Assembly (NCBI GenBank): GCA_900556295.1
Contig: USOK01000001.1
Span: 1 to 42,080, forward strand
Direction: 5' to 3'
Length of the DNA stretch: 42,080 nucleotides
Source of the DNA: an uncultured bacterium
GTDB lineage: Bacteria; Cyanobacteriota; Vampirovibrionia; Gastranaerophilales; Gastranaerophilaceae
Positions within the stretch are counted from its first letter, which is position 1. Every line of letters starts with the position of its first letter. The notes under the pieces are model-generated. The model was not told where the DNA came from. It was given only the letters and a program-made list of their open reading frames with translations, and searched no databases. Made by a program: the position numbers and the translations under genes. Positions 18,228 to 28,151 of the stretch are shown piece by piece.

Positions 18228-18737
18228 TTACATTGTCTGATTCGGACTTGATGTCGGGCTTCCTTGATTTCCTGTGTGAGAATGAGAGTTATAAACATCA
18301 CGCATTGCTTGCATAGAAGATGTTTTATCCGTAATATCTGCCTGAGAAGTGATTCCGTCTGTATTAATCAGCATTCCTGTGTGATTAATGTTGCCGTTTA
18401 AATTGATATTTTCAAAGGTTATAGTCAGGGTATTTGTTTCTTTATCAATATTAATCAGCGAGCTATTCTCTAAATTGAGAGAAATCTGTTTTTCAGAGGT
18501 AACAACGGGAGCATCTTCGGTTGAATAAATTGCTCCGAGAATAACGCCGTCTTCTGAATTTTCATCCATAAGGCAAGCAACTTGTTCGCCAATATCCGGC
18601 ATAACAAAAAATTTGTCTTTCATTGTTTTGCTTTGGATTATCGGTAGCCAGTATGAAGTAGACTCATCATCTGCGAAATTTACTCGTGCTTGTACTGCTG
18701 TAGGATTAATTTGTGATACAATGCCAAACCTTAACAC
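18228..18737 (-). CDS. Baseplate assembly protein V (spike)
   Basis: LRFGIV, SYWLP, MPDIGEQV, GVILGAIYS, C-terminal HSH. Confidence 0.9.
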   Translation of the reverse strand: MLRFGIVSQINPTAVQARVNFADDESTSYWLPIIQSKTMKDKFFVMPDIGEQVACLMDENSEDGVILGAIYSTEDAPVVTSEKQISLNLENSSLINIDKETNTLTITFENINLNGNINHTGMLINTDGITSQADITDKTSSMQAMRDVYNSHSHTGNQGSPTSSPNQTM

Positions 18738-19699
18738 GATTCTACCTCACAACTTGTTGTATAACCGCTCGCTCTGTCAAATCTGTGTCGTGCTTGTTTT
18801 ATATGATATTTACCCGAAAAATGTCCGACACCTTTTAATTCAATATTGAGTCCTGCTATCAAATACGGATTCCCAACAAAATCAAGAGTCCCTTCAATTT
18901 TTGTGTCAGCCGTTCCAAGTGCTGCGTTGGCTTTTACAATAGCCTGTTTTCTATCGGTACATCTTGCATTGATTTTTAATGTATCGCCCTTAACAACACT
19001 TTCGTTGCGTGCTGTTGCTTTGACGGTTTTCTTTTTCTTTGGGTCGAAGTATGAAACCTGAACAGCTTTGTATTTTTGGCTTGTTTTTTCTCTTAAATTT
19101 ATATGAGTTAGGTCTGATTTATAAAAAATCTGTGTAGATTTTGCACCTTTGAGCTTTGAAACATCATAAAATACAAGATTATTTTCGGCTATTTTAAAGA
19201 TATATCCATATTGCTCCGCAAGTTTTGTGAGGAATGACAAATCTCGTTCTCTGTTTTGAGTTATTCTGTCAACTCGTATATCTGAAATCTCTCCAACCAA
19301 TGTGTAACCATGTTTATCGGCAATCTCTTTTGCAATTTGTTTAAGCGTTTTATTTTCATACCCTTGAGAATTCTTTTGTCGCAATGGCTTTTTAATCCCT
19401 GTTGCAAGACCTTTTACAGTTATTACATCGGGTGGTGTATCGTATTCTAATTCATCAATCTCGAAAACCCCGCAGTTTAATAGCTTTTCTGCCTCATATC
19501 CGATATACGCACGAAGACAATCGCCTTTGCTTGGTATCCATGCACCTTGCCAAAGTTTTTCGGAATCTTCAAATGAGATTAGCAGCTCGTCAGATTCCCC
19601 ATGTTCAACATCTATATATTCGATAGATGTAACATAGGGAGAAACGTCTTTTGTAATATTTTTCTTGTCGTAAAATAGTTCAAAAATTGGGACTAGCAT
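18731..19699 (-). CDS. Late control D family baseplate hub
   Basis: ESDEL.I..ED, P.KGD, QNRERDLSFLTKLA, GNPYL.AG, FSGKY. Confidence 0.9.
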   Translation of the reverse strand: MLVPIFELFYDKKNITKDVSPYVTSIEYIDVEHGESDELLISFEDSEKLWQGAWIPSKGDCLRAYIGYEAEKLLNCGVFEIDELEYDTPPDVITVKGLATGIKKPLRQKNSQGYENKTLKQIAKEIADKHGYTLVGEISDIRVDRITQNRERDLSFLTKLAEQYGYIFKIAENNLVFYDVSKLKGAKSTQIFYKSDLTHINLREKTSQKYKAVQVSYFDPKKKKTVKATARNESVVKGDTLKINARCTDRKQAIVKANAALGTADTKIEGTLDFVGNPYLIAGLNIELKGVGHFSGKYHIKQARHRFDRASGYTTSCEVESC

Positions 19700-19914
19700 T
19701 ATTTTTTCCAAGGTGGGGTTTCAAACTTTATTGTTTCGGATTCTTCTAAAACAGGGATTTTTAGTTTTATGCCTGAATCTAAGAGGGGTGTAACTTTAAC
19801 TTCAGGGTTTGCTTTTATTATTTCTTCATACAGTGCAGGGTTTTTATAGTATTTGTATGCGATTAAATCCCATCTGTCATTGTCTTTGGTTATGTAAGAA
19901 TAATATTCAGTCAT
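19699..19914 (-). CDS. Tail protein X
   Basis: DRWDLIAYKYY, IIKANP, PPWK. Confidence 0.9.
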   Translation of the reverse strand: MTEYYSYITKDNDRWDLIAYKYYKNPALYEEIIKANPEVKVTPLLDSGIKLKIPVLEESETIKFETPPWKK

Positions 19915-19921
19915 TCTTTAC

Positions 19922-20344
19922 TCACGCCTTTTTCTTAAATCCTTTTTCGGTTTCATCTTCTTCGGGAATTTTTCCTGTATATTCTCTAAGTCGGAGTTCA
20001 ACTTGTATTGAAAGTAAATCGCCTTCTGCCGAGGCTTGTTCTGTTGTTTTGCCAATTTCTTCTATTACAAAGACTCCGACATATTCGCCATTTCCTTTAA
20101 TAAACTTAAGAGGTTCTGCTTTGTCAGCAACTTCAACTAAGGCTTTTAATTCGTTTTCGGGAACACAAAATGTCCTATGAAAGTTCAGCTTTATATTCTC
20201 CTCTTGAAGATTTTTCCCCAAGAATTGTAAGATTGGTTTGTTTTCTATCCTTTCATGTTGAGCATAGTTGTAGGATACGGTTTCATTTAAACCGTTAAAG
20301 TATGTTATCAATTCAAATTTTATATTTCCAAGTTGAGCAAACAT
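19922..20344 (-). CDS. P2 gpU-like tail protein
   Basis: MFAQLG, YAQH.RI..KP.LQFLG, L.LREY. Confidence 0.88.
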   Translation of the reverse strand: MFAQLGNIKFELITYFNGLNETVSYNYAQHERIENKPILQFLGKNLQEENIKLNFHRTFCVPENELKALVEVADKAEPLKFIKGNGEYVGVFVIEEIGKTTEQASAEGDLLSIQVELRLREYTGKIPEEDETEKGFKKKA

Positions 20345-20347
20345 ATT

Positions 20348-22798
20348 TTAGTACGCAACTCTTTCTTTACGTTCTAATTCTCTTCTGAAAATCGCAACAA
20401 CTTCATCTTTGTGCTTTTTCAAAAGTTGTGAGAATTCTTCTTTTGTTGTTCCGTTTGGCATTGTTATTGTCGGGGAGTAGGTAATTACCAATTGAGTTCC
20501 TCCACTGATACCAAGTTTGTTTTTATTAGCACCCATACCTGTTGTCATAAGTCCTAAAGACTTATTCATTGCTTTAATAAGTGGAGCGGGTTTCATAGTG
20601 GATGCAATTGTTTCAACGATTTTTAATTTGTTTAAATCTTTTAACGGCCCGACTTTAGCAGGGGAGTGAGGCAAGTGGTCTCGGATAATTTGGGCGTGCT
20701 TTCCGATTGCTTCTTTGGTTTTTCCGAGTTTGGAAAGGATTCCGTTTGCAAGCATATCGCCGATTTTCTTGCCAAACTCAAACACTTTAGTTATGAGTTC
20801 AACAATTTTCACAATAATATTTGCAATGGCTTTACCGAATTTTACACCCATATTTTCGGCAGCTCCTCCTGTATCTTCAACGGGCTTAATCAGCTTTTTA
20901 AACCAGTCAATTATTGCTTTTATAGGTTTTAATATTGGCTCTATTGCTGTTCCAATTCTTTTAACTAACGGCATCAAAGGTTGTAAACCTTCTTTTAATC
21001 CTTGCCACATACCTTTAAAGAATGCTGTAATTGGTTTCCAATATTTGTATATCACTAATGCAACTGCTCCAATTGCAAGTGCTATCCATCCAAGAGGCGA
21101 AGTCAGAAGTGTAACGGAAAATGCTCTGAAAGCTATTATTGCTCTTGATATCATACTTGGGAAACCTAAAAAGGCTGTTTTTATTCCGTTTAATCCGAGC
21201 ATAATATTTGTTGGGATTGATTTTATTGAAGTCATTGCCCAAGTTTTCATAGCAACTGTTGATTTTGCAATATTGCTTGGAAGTTCTTTAAACGAAGTAA
21301 TTAAACCTGCTCTCAAATTGTTGTCTATTCTTCTAATATCTGACATTAAACCACCTTTAAGACTAAAAGCTGAAGCAAGCCCTAATTTATCCCCACTCTG
21401 TTTGATTTTGTAACCAAATGTCAGATTGTGAGCGGTGGAATTTAAACCGATAAAATTCAACAGTTTAATTCCGTTTTGTACCAAAGCAGGGGTTAAATCT
21501 CTTGCCACACTCAAAAATGCTCCGTATCCTTTAACGAGTTTACCGACAAGAATTGTTGCAGTTCCAAGAGTAGTCAACACAACTCCTGCTCCTATCGTGC
21601 CGATTATTGCCGTAAATATTCCTTTTTGCAATAATGGATTTTTATTTATAGCAGTAAGTAATTGATTGATTTTTTCGATAGGTTTGTGTAGATGAGGAAA
21701 AACAAGCTCTTTCATATTAATTTTTAAGAGTTTAAATTGCTCGTTTGTGGTTTCCATCATGTGGTTAAAGTCTTCATCCATAATGCCATCTGCACCGAGA
21801 GCAGATGCTTTAATTCTTCGGTACTCATCGAGGTTTTGCATCATAGGTTTTAAGAAGTTTAAGTCTGTTTTATTCCTAAAGATTTCTGAAACTTTAAACA
21901 CATCCCCGCCTGTAAGATGATTAATTAACATAACCATCTCTTCAATAGGGTCTTTATTTTCAGTAATTACCCGATTTAAGAATTGTGGTAAATCAACTCC
22001 ATACAGTTCTTTAAACCTGTTAACAGCCATTGGAGATGTTATTGCTTGCAAGAAACTTTCAAAGTTTGTAGCAGCTTCGGCAGCACTTCCTGCACCTTTC
22101 ATTGCGACTTGTAGAGCAGCACCAAGTTGAGAAACGGCAGGAACTCCTCTCATTCCGAGCATACTTGCTCCTGCCGTTAAACTTGGAAAGGCGGCAGACA
22201 TATCTTTCAACTCAAATCTTCCTTCTTTTCCGGCTTGAGCCAAAATGTCCATTGTTTTACCTAAATCATCAACATTAACTTTTAAGTTATCTGTAACAGC
22301 AAACGCAGTTTTAGATATATCTACAATTTCGGCTTGTGCTGCCGTTGCAGTTCGACCGATTACATTCATGTAGTCTAGTGCTTTTTCAGGGGCAATACCT
22401 GATGCTACAAGAACATTCAAACCTTCTGCAATTTCACTTCTGAATTGGTTTGTGTGCCTTGAGATTGAACCTAATCTTTCATCCATTTCTTTTAGTTGTT
22501 CTGCGGATAACTGACCGACATTTCCTAATTCTCGGAGTTGATGCTCCAAAGCAAATGCTTCCGGGATAGCTTGAGGAATACCCAATTTATATGCAAGTCC
22601 TCCTCCTGCTGCTGTTAATCCTGCACCGAGTTTTACCATATTCGCTCCAAGTTTGTCCAACATATCGGAAGTTTGTTGGATTTTGTTTTGGAGTTTTGAA
22701 AATTCCTCATTAGATTTTGTAACGGCATCTCTTATTACCTTTGACATTTTGTCGAAGGCAACAAGGGTTAATGATACTTTCAGCATACTGTCGAGCAT
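20348..22798 (-). CDS. Tail tape measure protein
   Basis: 816 aa Ala/Gly-rich; AGKEGRFELKDM; LPHSPAKVGPL; position. Confidence 0.92.
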   Translation of the reverse strand: MLDSMLKVSLTLVAFDKMSKVIRDAVTKSNEEFSKLQNKIQQTSDMLDKLGANMVKLGAGLTAAGGGLAYKLGIPQAIPEAFALEHQLRELGNVGQLSAEQLKEMDERLGSISRHTNQFRSEIAEGLNVLVASGIAPEKALDYMNVIGRTATAAQAEIVDISKTAFAVTDNLKVNVDDLGKTMDILAQAGKEGRFELKDMSAAFPSLTAGASMLGMRGVPAVSQLGAALQVAMKGAGSAAEAATNFESFLQAITSPMAVNRFKELYGVDLPQFLNRVITENKDPIEEMVMLINHLTGGDVFKVSEIFRNKTDLNFLKPMMQNLDEYRRIKASALGADGIMDEDFNHMMETTNEQFKLLKINMKELVFPHLHKPIEKINQLLTAINKNPLLQKGIFTAIIGTIGAGVVLTTLGTATILVGKLVKGYGAFLSVARDLTPALVQNGIKLLNFIGLNSTAHNLTFGYKIKQSGDKLGLASAFSLKGGLMSDIRRIDNNLRAGLITSFKELPSNIAKSTVAMKTWAMTSIKSIPTNIMLGLNGIKTAFLGFPSMISRAIIAFRAFSVTLLTSPLGWIALAIGAVALVIYKYWKPITAFFKGMWQGLKEGLQPLMPLVKRIGTAIEPILKPIKAIIDWFKKLIKPVEDTGGAAENMGVKFGKAIANIIVKIVELITKVFEFGKKIGDMLANGILSKLGKTKEAIGKHAQIIRDHLPHSPAKVGPLKDLNKLKIVETIASTMKPAPLIKAMNKSLGLMTTGMGANKNKLGISGGTQLVITYSPTITMPNGTTKEEFSQLLKKHKDEVVAIFRRELERKERVAY

Positions 22799-23037
22799 TG
22801 TTCCTCAATTTCCGTATTTTGATTATTCGTGTACTTAATTGCCTCTTTGCACCAATATATGATTTGAGGAATGGACATTTTTCCGATCTCGGAATACTGC
22901 CACCCTGTGATTTTGCATAAATGAATTATTGATTGAGCATCAGGTAATGCATCTATGCAACCATCTGTTCGATTTCTTTCTGTGTAGGTTTGATTGTTTC
23001 CTTCACTTCTGTAGCTTTCGCCTCTGTAAACTTTCCC
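22780..23037 (-). CDS. -1 frame extension of the tail chaperone (gpE'/gpGT-like)
   Basis: Slippery G GGA AAG at 23037-23031; -1 frame open to TGA 22780 and encodes GWQYSEIGKMSIPQIIYWCKEA. Confidence 0.8.
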   Translation of the reverse strand, partial: GKVYRGESYRSEGNNQTYTERNRTDGCIDALPDAQSIIHLCKITGWQYSEIGKMSIPQIIYWCKEAIKYTNNQNTEIEEQCSTVC

Positions 23038-23255
23038 GACATTTCAGCCTGAAGAGCTATTACATCTTCCAAGTCAAGTGCCAATATATCTTCGTAAACT
23101 AACTTCTGTCCGTCAATTTCGGCAAGTTCGGCAATAAGAGCGTAAGGGATTTCCTCTGATGATTTTGCTTTTTGTTGTGCTTGCAGTAAATCGTAACCTT
23201 TTCCTTTGTGAAGCACAGCAATTTTACCGGAGGGTAGGGTAAGTGTTTTTGACAT
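22953..23255 (-). CDS. Tail assembly chaperone (gpE/gpG-like)
   Basis: Upstream of the tape measure; KGYDLLQAQ, EDILALDLED; ATG 23255 after AAGGAG. Confidence 0.8.
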   Translation of the reverse strand: MSKTLTLPSGKIAVLHKGKGYDLLQAQQKAKSSEEIPYALIAELAEIDGQKLVYEDILALDLEDVIALQAEMSGKFTEAKATEVKETIKPTQKEIEQMVA

Positions 23256-23292
23256 AAATTTCATTCTCCTTAATTTTTTGTATTTGAGTTGT

Positions 23293-23331
23293 ATTTTTAT
23301 ACCGTTCAAAAAGTGTTCAAAAACCGTTCTG
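23293..23331 (-). repeat. 11-bp phased repeat (TTGAAC-type), copy A
   Basis: GTTC at 23304, 23315 and 23326 on + strand. Confidence 0.55.
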
Positions 23332-23399
23332 TTGAATTTTACTGTCGGGGTTGGTATAAATTATCATCCGAAGTAGTTTTATCCCTCTTAAAATCGATT

Positions 23400-24764
23400 T
23401 TAAAAATTTTGAGTCATTTTTAAAGTTTCATATCTTTTTCTTGTTGTAATATCTACGGGCGAATACGGAACAGAGCAAGCAATCAGAGCAAGTGCCAATG
23501 CCCAAAATCTGTCAGCGTGTCCGTTTACTTCGGAGGTGTCAGCATCAAAACGGATGTTTCCTGCTTTTGTTGCAATTCTTCTTATCGAGTGTAAATCTTC
23601 TCGGATATCGTGTTCGTTTGGTATGAATACGGATTTATCTTCAAAGTTTGTTCTGAGGTTGTATGCCATTTCCTCTTTGGAACGATTCGTAAACATTACC
23701 GCCTCAACCCTGTATCGTCCGAAGTCTTTTTGTGCAGTTTCGGCAAGTTGCATACCTATGCCGGTAGAGTCAATGCAACATCTTCGCAGTTTTGGGTGTT
23801 TTAAAATTTCTGATACTATCTCATATTGGATATGAAAAGGTGTTTTTTCTAAAACTTTAACTTTTCTTGTATATTTTGAGTTTTCAAGCCTTTCAAGACA
23901 CCATATAACCGTTAAGTCTTTTCTTCTGCCGATATCTATTCCTACATACAAATCGCCTTTTATTGTTTCAAGTGATTTTAAAACATCCTGCATCTCGCAA
24001 GTTGCAATAAGTTCATACGGAAGAAAAGCACAGGCTTCATCAATAGCTATACAACAATACTCTTGAAACCAAGTGTAATCGTCAAAACAGTTCTTGCATT
24101 CTTCATCCAACCAAGCCTGTCGTTCTTCTTGTGTTGTGGGTCTGTCATAGATTTTATCAATCAAACCTTCATCAACGGCAAGTTGTATCGGGGTTTTGTG
24201 ATGACTCCATTTGAGTTTACCTTTTTGAACCTGATCCAAGAATTTGTAATAAAGACAGCTTTGACCGTTGTGGGTTGAGAGAATTCTTAGAGGATAACCC
24301 CAAGTGATACAAGGTCGTGCCGCTTTCCATAATTCTTCGGGATTATTGTGGAATGCAAATTCATCGAGTACAACTTTTCCGCCTTTGGAACGAAACCCTT
24401 TAGGGTTTGATGACAATGCGTGTATTTTTGTTCCGTTAGAAAACTGAATAACATAGGCTTTGATGTCTTTTTCTTTATCCAAAATCTGCTCGCCTAAATC
24501 TTTGGCTGCGATATTAAATAAAGTTGCCCATTGTTTGCAATAATCAATGTACTCTCGTGCCGCCGATTCATCGGCAGAAGAAAACCACACAGCCGGAACT
24601 GTTCGTTTTACGCAATCTCTTACATCTTCATAACTTTGTACATATGTTGCTCCTATTCTTCGGGATTTCTCCCATATTTTTACTTTTGAATTATCATCTA
24701 ACCACCGCATTTGATACGGCAGAAAAAAATTAGTTTTCTTCGATTTCTTCGTTATTGTCGTCAT
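23400..24764 (-). CDS. Terminase large subunit (Mu gp28-like)
   Basis: LPYQMRW, EKSRRIGAT, VVLDEFAFH, ILSTHNG, GIDIGRRKD, IDSTGIG, HADRFWA. Confidence 0.95.
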   Translation of the reverse strand: MTTITKKSKKTNFFLPYQMRWLDDNSKVKIWEKSRRIGATYVQSYEDVRDCVKRTVPAVWFSSADESAAREYIDYCKQWATLFNIAAKDLGEQILDKEKDIKAYVIQFSNGTKIHALSSNPKGFRSKGGKVVLDEFAFHNNPEELWKAARPCITWGYPLRILSTHNGQSCLYYKFLDQVQKGKLKWSHHKTPIQLAVDEGLIDKIYDRPTTQEERQAWLDEECKNCFDDYTWFQEYCCIAIDEACAFLPYELIATCEMQDVLKSLETIKGDLYVGIDIGRRKDLTVIWCLERLENSKYTRKVKVLEKTPFHIQYEIVSEILKHPKLRRCCIDSTGIGMQLAETAQKDFGRYRVEAVMFTNRSKEEMAYNLRTNFEDKSVFIPNEHDIREDLHSIRRIATKAGNIRFDADTSEVNGHADRFWALALALIACSVPYSPVDITTRKRYETLKMTQNF

Positions 24765-25179
24765 GATGGGTGATTCCCAACACCTCTTCTTCAATTTGTG
24801 CAATAAGTTCAGGAGTTAGTCCTCTTGGTGTAGCTTTTTCTTCTTTTTTAGCCACTATGTCCTCATAGTCTTTTACTTTGGTAAACATAGGGACAAGTTT
24901 ACAAAATGCATACATTCTACTGGCATCAATTTTGTTGCCTTTTTCCATATCTTCCGTTATGTCTTTCATTATTTTGCGTGCAAATTCAAACAATTCTTCA
25001 TGGAAAGCAATTTTAGATTTAATATACAACTTGCGTTTATTATCCCAATCGCCTTTTTCTTTCCAATTCATAACGGTTTTTCTGCTAAGATTTAGTTCAT
25101 TGGCAATTGTTTCAACTGTTTTTAATTTGTAAACAAAGAGGTTTTCTGCCTCACCTACAAGATATTGCTTATTAGTCAA
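24730..25179 (-). CDS. Putative terminase small subunit (HTH, DUF1804/gp27-like)
   Basis: ETIANELNLSRKTVMNWKEKGDWD; overlaps terL. Confidence 0.75.
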   Translation of the reverse strand: MTNKQYLVGEAENLFVYKLKTVETIANELNLSRKTVMNWKEKGDWDNKRKLYIKSKIAFHEELFEFARKIMKDITEDMEKGNKIDASRMYAFCKLVPMFTKVKDYEDIVAKKEEKATPRGLTPELIAQIEEEVLGITHHDDNNEEIEEN

Positions 25180-25414
25180 GTTCAGCCTCCAAGTTTTTAA
25201 TTTTTACTTCAAGGTTTTTAATCTCTGTTTGGATTGTATTTAACCTTTGCATTGATACAAGTGCTTTTTCAGTATCAATTTTGGTTACATCTTCATACGG
25301 ATTAAGCAATGAACGAATAATCAAAATAAGTCCTGATGCTTCCGTATCGAGTGTACGGAAACGTTTTTTGCTTTCTGCAAGCATACCTTTCAATTGTAAT
25401 CTTTCAGGATTCAT
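25172..25414 (-). CDS. Hypothetical coiled-coil protein
   Basis: GGGAGG RBS; in-operon. Confidence 0.7.
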   Translation of the reverse strand: MNPERLQLKGMLAESKKRFRTLDTEASGLILIIRSLLNPYEDVTKIDTEKALVSMQRLNTIQTEIKNLEVKIKNLEAELD

Positions 25415-25660
25415 CTATGAAACCTCCCTTTTTAAAATAGGACACCAAAGGTTATTGTCGATTTTGCTTTCAATTCGAGAAAGCAAAGCCGCATGATATT
25501 GGTTTGTTTCAAGCAAATCCTTTAAGATTTCAAAATTATTCTGAATAATTTTTTCAAAGGCTTTCACTTGTGCCTGATGATAAATATACCAAATAGCGAA
25601 AATCAAAGCCGGAAACCCGACATTTTCGATAAATGGAGACAGTTCGTTTAAAAATTCCAT
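25415..25660 (-). CDS. Small membrane protein, putative holin
   Basis: IENVGFPALIFAIWYIY transmembrane segment plus coiled coil; ATG 25660 after AAGGAG. Confidence 0.6.
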   Translation of the reverse strand: MEFLNELSPFIENVGFPALIFAIWYIYHQAQVKAFEKIIQNNFEILKDLLETNQYHAALLSRIESKIDNNLWCPILKREVS

Positions 25661-25677
25661 ATATAAGTAACTCCTTT

Positions 25678-25769
25678 TATACTTTTCTTCATCCTCTTTA
25701 GTGAAAGAAAACAAGCTGCGAGTTAAGTCTCGCAACTGTTTTCTGCGTATTAAGAGGGGTAAGTGTATA
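25678..25769 (-). other. Long imperfect hairpin in the leader of the leftward late operon
   Basis: TATAC/GTATA, CCTCTT/AAGAGG, GAAAACA/TGTTTTC, TGCGAG/CTCGCA nested pairs. Confidence 0.65.
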
Positions 25770-25943
25770 TTTTTAGTCTAACTCGTAGTGATTTTGTTTT
25801 TCAAAAATTATTTATTTAAAAAATTATGAAAAAAATTGTTTAATAAAAACTTATGCAAAAAATTTTTGAAAGCGTTGCAGTACACCGTTTATAGTGTGAA
25901 TGTACAAAACCCCCGTTGTAAAAAATAAAGGAATTTAAAAAGT
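25770..25943. promoter_or_regulatory. Divergent late promoter region with A-tracts
   Basis: Very AT-rich gap between divergent operons; TTGAAA-N18-TATAGT on + strand. Confidence 0.55.
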
Positions 25944-26918
25944 ATGAAATTCTACGAAGTATTTAAAGCCGGTAAATACCCTCAAGGTAAATTTACTAAA
26001 AAAGAAATTGCAGAAATTGCAAAAAACTATGACCCAAAATTCTGCGAAGCTCCGATTACTATCGACCATCAACAGTCAGGACCCGCTTACGGTTGGGTTG
26101 AAACAGTAAAAGCAGAGGGGGATAAATTAAAAGTTGCTTTTAAAGATATTCCCGAAGCATTTGAAAAAGATGTAAATGATGGAAAGTATAAAAAAGTTTC
26201 CGTTGAATTGTACCGAAATCTTGAAGGCAAAGGTGCTTACCTTAAAGCTGTCTCATTTTTAGGTGCAGCAATCCCTCAAGTTAAAGGTTTGGAAGCTATT
26301 AAATTTATGGAAGCGGAGTCAGATGTTTACGAGTTTGAATCCGAAGATGATTCCGACAACTTTTCGCAAGAAGCTATTGACGATTTGAAAAAGCAGATTT
26401 CTGATTTGGAAACTCAAGTTGCTAATTTCAAAGAAAACAACAAAAAACTTGAAACAATTAAATCTTTGAAAGAAAAGATTTCAGCCCTAACTGATGAAGT
26501 TGCAAGTTTTAAAGAAAAAGCACAAGGCAAAGAAGAAATCGAACAAGAATTAAACAACATTAAACTCGCTATTAAGAAAAAAGAGTTTGATGAGTTTATC
26601 GAAAAACAAATCGAAAAGGGAACATTGGTTCCGGCAAACAAAGAAGTCGTACTATCAATTTTTCAAGAATTAGATAATGTACAGAAATTTGGGGAGGACT
26701 CGCAAGTCATTTCTGACTTTAAATCTTTTATCGAGTCCATTCCGCCCCAAATTACATACAAAGAAACTGCAACAAAAGACAAACACTTGTCTAAAGTGGA
26801 TGTTGAAAAGTTTGCAAATGCCGAAGAAGAATCCTTAGAGATTTTTAAAGAGGCAACCGCTCTTGCGGAAAAAGAAAACATCTCATTCAGAGATGCCCTG
26901 CTTAAATTAAATATTTAG
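25944..26918 (+). CDS. Prohead protease/scaffold (Mu gpI-like)
   Basis: EVFKAG, APITIDH, PAYGWV, YKKVSVE, VSFLGA..PQVKGL, then coiled coil. Confidence 0.85.
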   Translation: MKFYEVFKAGKYPQGKFTKKEIAEIAKNYDPKFCEAPITIDHQQSGPAYGWVETVKAEGDKLKVAFKDIPEAFEKDVNDGKYKKVSVELYRNLEGKGAYLKAVSFLGAAIPQVKGLEAIKFMEAESDVYEFESEDDSDNFSQEAIDDLKKQISDLETQVANFKENNKKLETIKSLKEKISALTDEVASFKEKAQGKEEIEQELNNIKLAIKKKEFDEFIEKQIEKGTLVPANKEVVLSIFQELDNVQKFGEDSQVISDFKSFIESIPPQITYKETATKDKHLSKVDVEKFANAEEESLEIFKEATALAEKENISFRDALLKLNI

Positions 26919-26956
26919 TAACATATTACCCCCTCAAAAAATAATAAGGAGTTTAA

Positions 26957-27925
26957 ATGGGAAGACTTGAAGAATTACGCATAAATGCGTACCTTTCGGA
27001 AGTCGCTCGTGGTTACAGAAACAATGCCTTTGTAGCTGATGTCCTGTTCCCAACGATATATTCCGAAAAAGAAAAAATTGACATTTTCCAGTTTAACAAA
27101 GAAGCCTTCAATATCTATGATACGGAACGTGCTATTCGTGCAAACTCAAATGTCATCTCACCGCAAGGTTTCAAAAAGCATACAACAACTTTGACGGAAC
27201 ACGATTTATCTTATCCGATTGATTACAGGGAAGAACAGGAAGCCGAAAAAGTAAAACTGCAACTCCACGCAACAAATGTGGTTACAAACGGATTACAACT
27301 TGAACACGAAAAAGCCTGTGCAGATTTGGTTCAAGACCCGAATAATTATTCTTCCGACAACAAAAGAATTTTATCGGGAACATCCTGCTTTAACTGGTCA
27401 ACCTCAGACCCTCAAGGTATTATTGATGATGCAAAAGATGCCGTATCCAAAAAGATTGCACAAGACCCGAATACTATGGTTATCGGACAATCTGCTTGGA
27501 AACTGCTTAAAAAACATCCTCAACTTAAAGGTTTGATTTCAGATAACCTTAATAAATTAGTAACCATTAATTTACTTAAAGAAATATTTGAAATTGAAAA
27601 CATTTATATTGGTAAGTCTATCTTTGCCGATAAAGACGGAAATTTTGTCAGAATTTGGCAAGACAATATTGTCCTTGCGTATGTTCCGAATTTAGGTGCA
27701 TCAAGAACGGAATACGACCCGTCATTTGCATATACGGTTCGTAAAAAAGATGCCTTAAACATTGACGAATACACAAAAGAAGGTAACAAAGTCAAATACA
27801 TAAGAGCGACTGACATCTACACACCGTTTTTAGTCGGTGCAGAAGCAGGATACTTGATTTCAGGTGTTAATGACCCAAGTTATGACCCCGAAAAAGATAA
27901 AGGAGGTTCAAATGTCCAAGTATAA
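26957..27925 (+). CDS. Major capsid protein
   Basis: LSEVARGYRN..FVAD.LFP, SDP...I, PNTMVIG, PSFAYT; follows the protease. Confidence 0.85.
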   Translation: MGRLEELRINAYLSEVARGYRNNAFVADVLFPTIYSEKEKIDIFQFNKEAFNIYDTERAIRANSNVISPQGFKKHTTTLTEHDLSYPIDYREEQEAEKVKLQLHATNVVTNGLQLEHEKACADLVQDPNNYSSDNKRILSGTSCFNWSTSDPQGIIDDAKDAVSKKIAQDPNTMVIGQSAWKLLKKHPQLKGLISDNLNKLVTINLLKEIFEIENIYIGKSIFADKDGNFVRIWQDNIVLAYVPNLGASRTEYDPSFAYTVRKKDALNIDEYTKEGNKVKYIRATDIYTPFLVGAEAGYLISGVNDPSYDPEKDKGGSNVQV

Positions 27926-28151
27926 GGTAAAACACACCTCTATTATGCATAACGGAAAACTTTGTAAAGAGGGCTCTGTTATTGAGTTAACCGATGCACA
28001 AGCTGCTAAACTTGCTGACTTCGTTGTTTTAGTGCCTGCGACAAAACCTAAAACAAATACTCAAACAAAAACTCAGGCAACCAAAACCGAAACAAAAACT
28101 CAAAATCCCCCTGCAAACACAAATGAAGGAGGTGTAAAAGATGGCGAATAA
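27912..28151 (+). CDS. Small head-associated hypothetical protein
   Basis: AGGAGG RBS; YKVKH..MHNGK...EG.VIELTD.QA. Confidence 0.75.
   Translation: MSKYKVKHTSIMHNGKLCKEGSVIELTDAQAAKLADFVVLVPATKPKTNTQTKTQATKTETKTQNPPANTNEGGVKDGE

Noticed and set aside
20715..21413. 232-aa plus-strand ORF and other long antisense ORFs
   Set aside because: Shadow frames of the tape measure and other well-supported genes; no RBS or recognisable motifs.
25866..25905. TTGCAG...GTGAATGT resembling the three-box element
   Set aside because: Spacing does not match and there is no GTGTC-N5-GATAC dyad.
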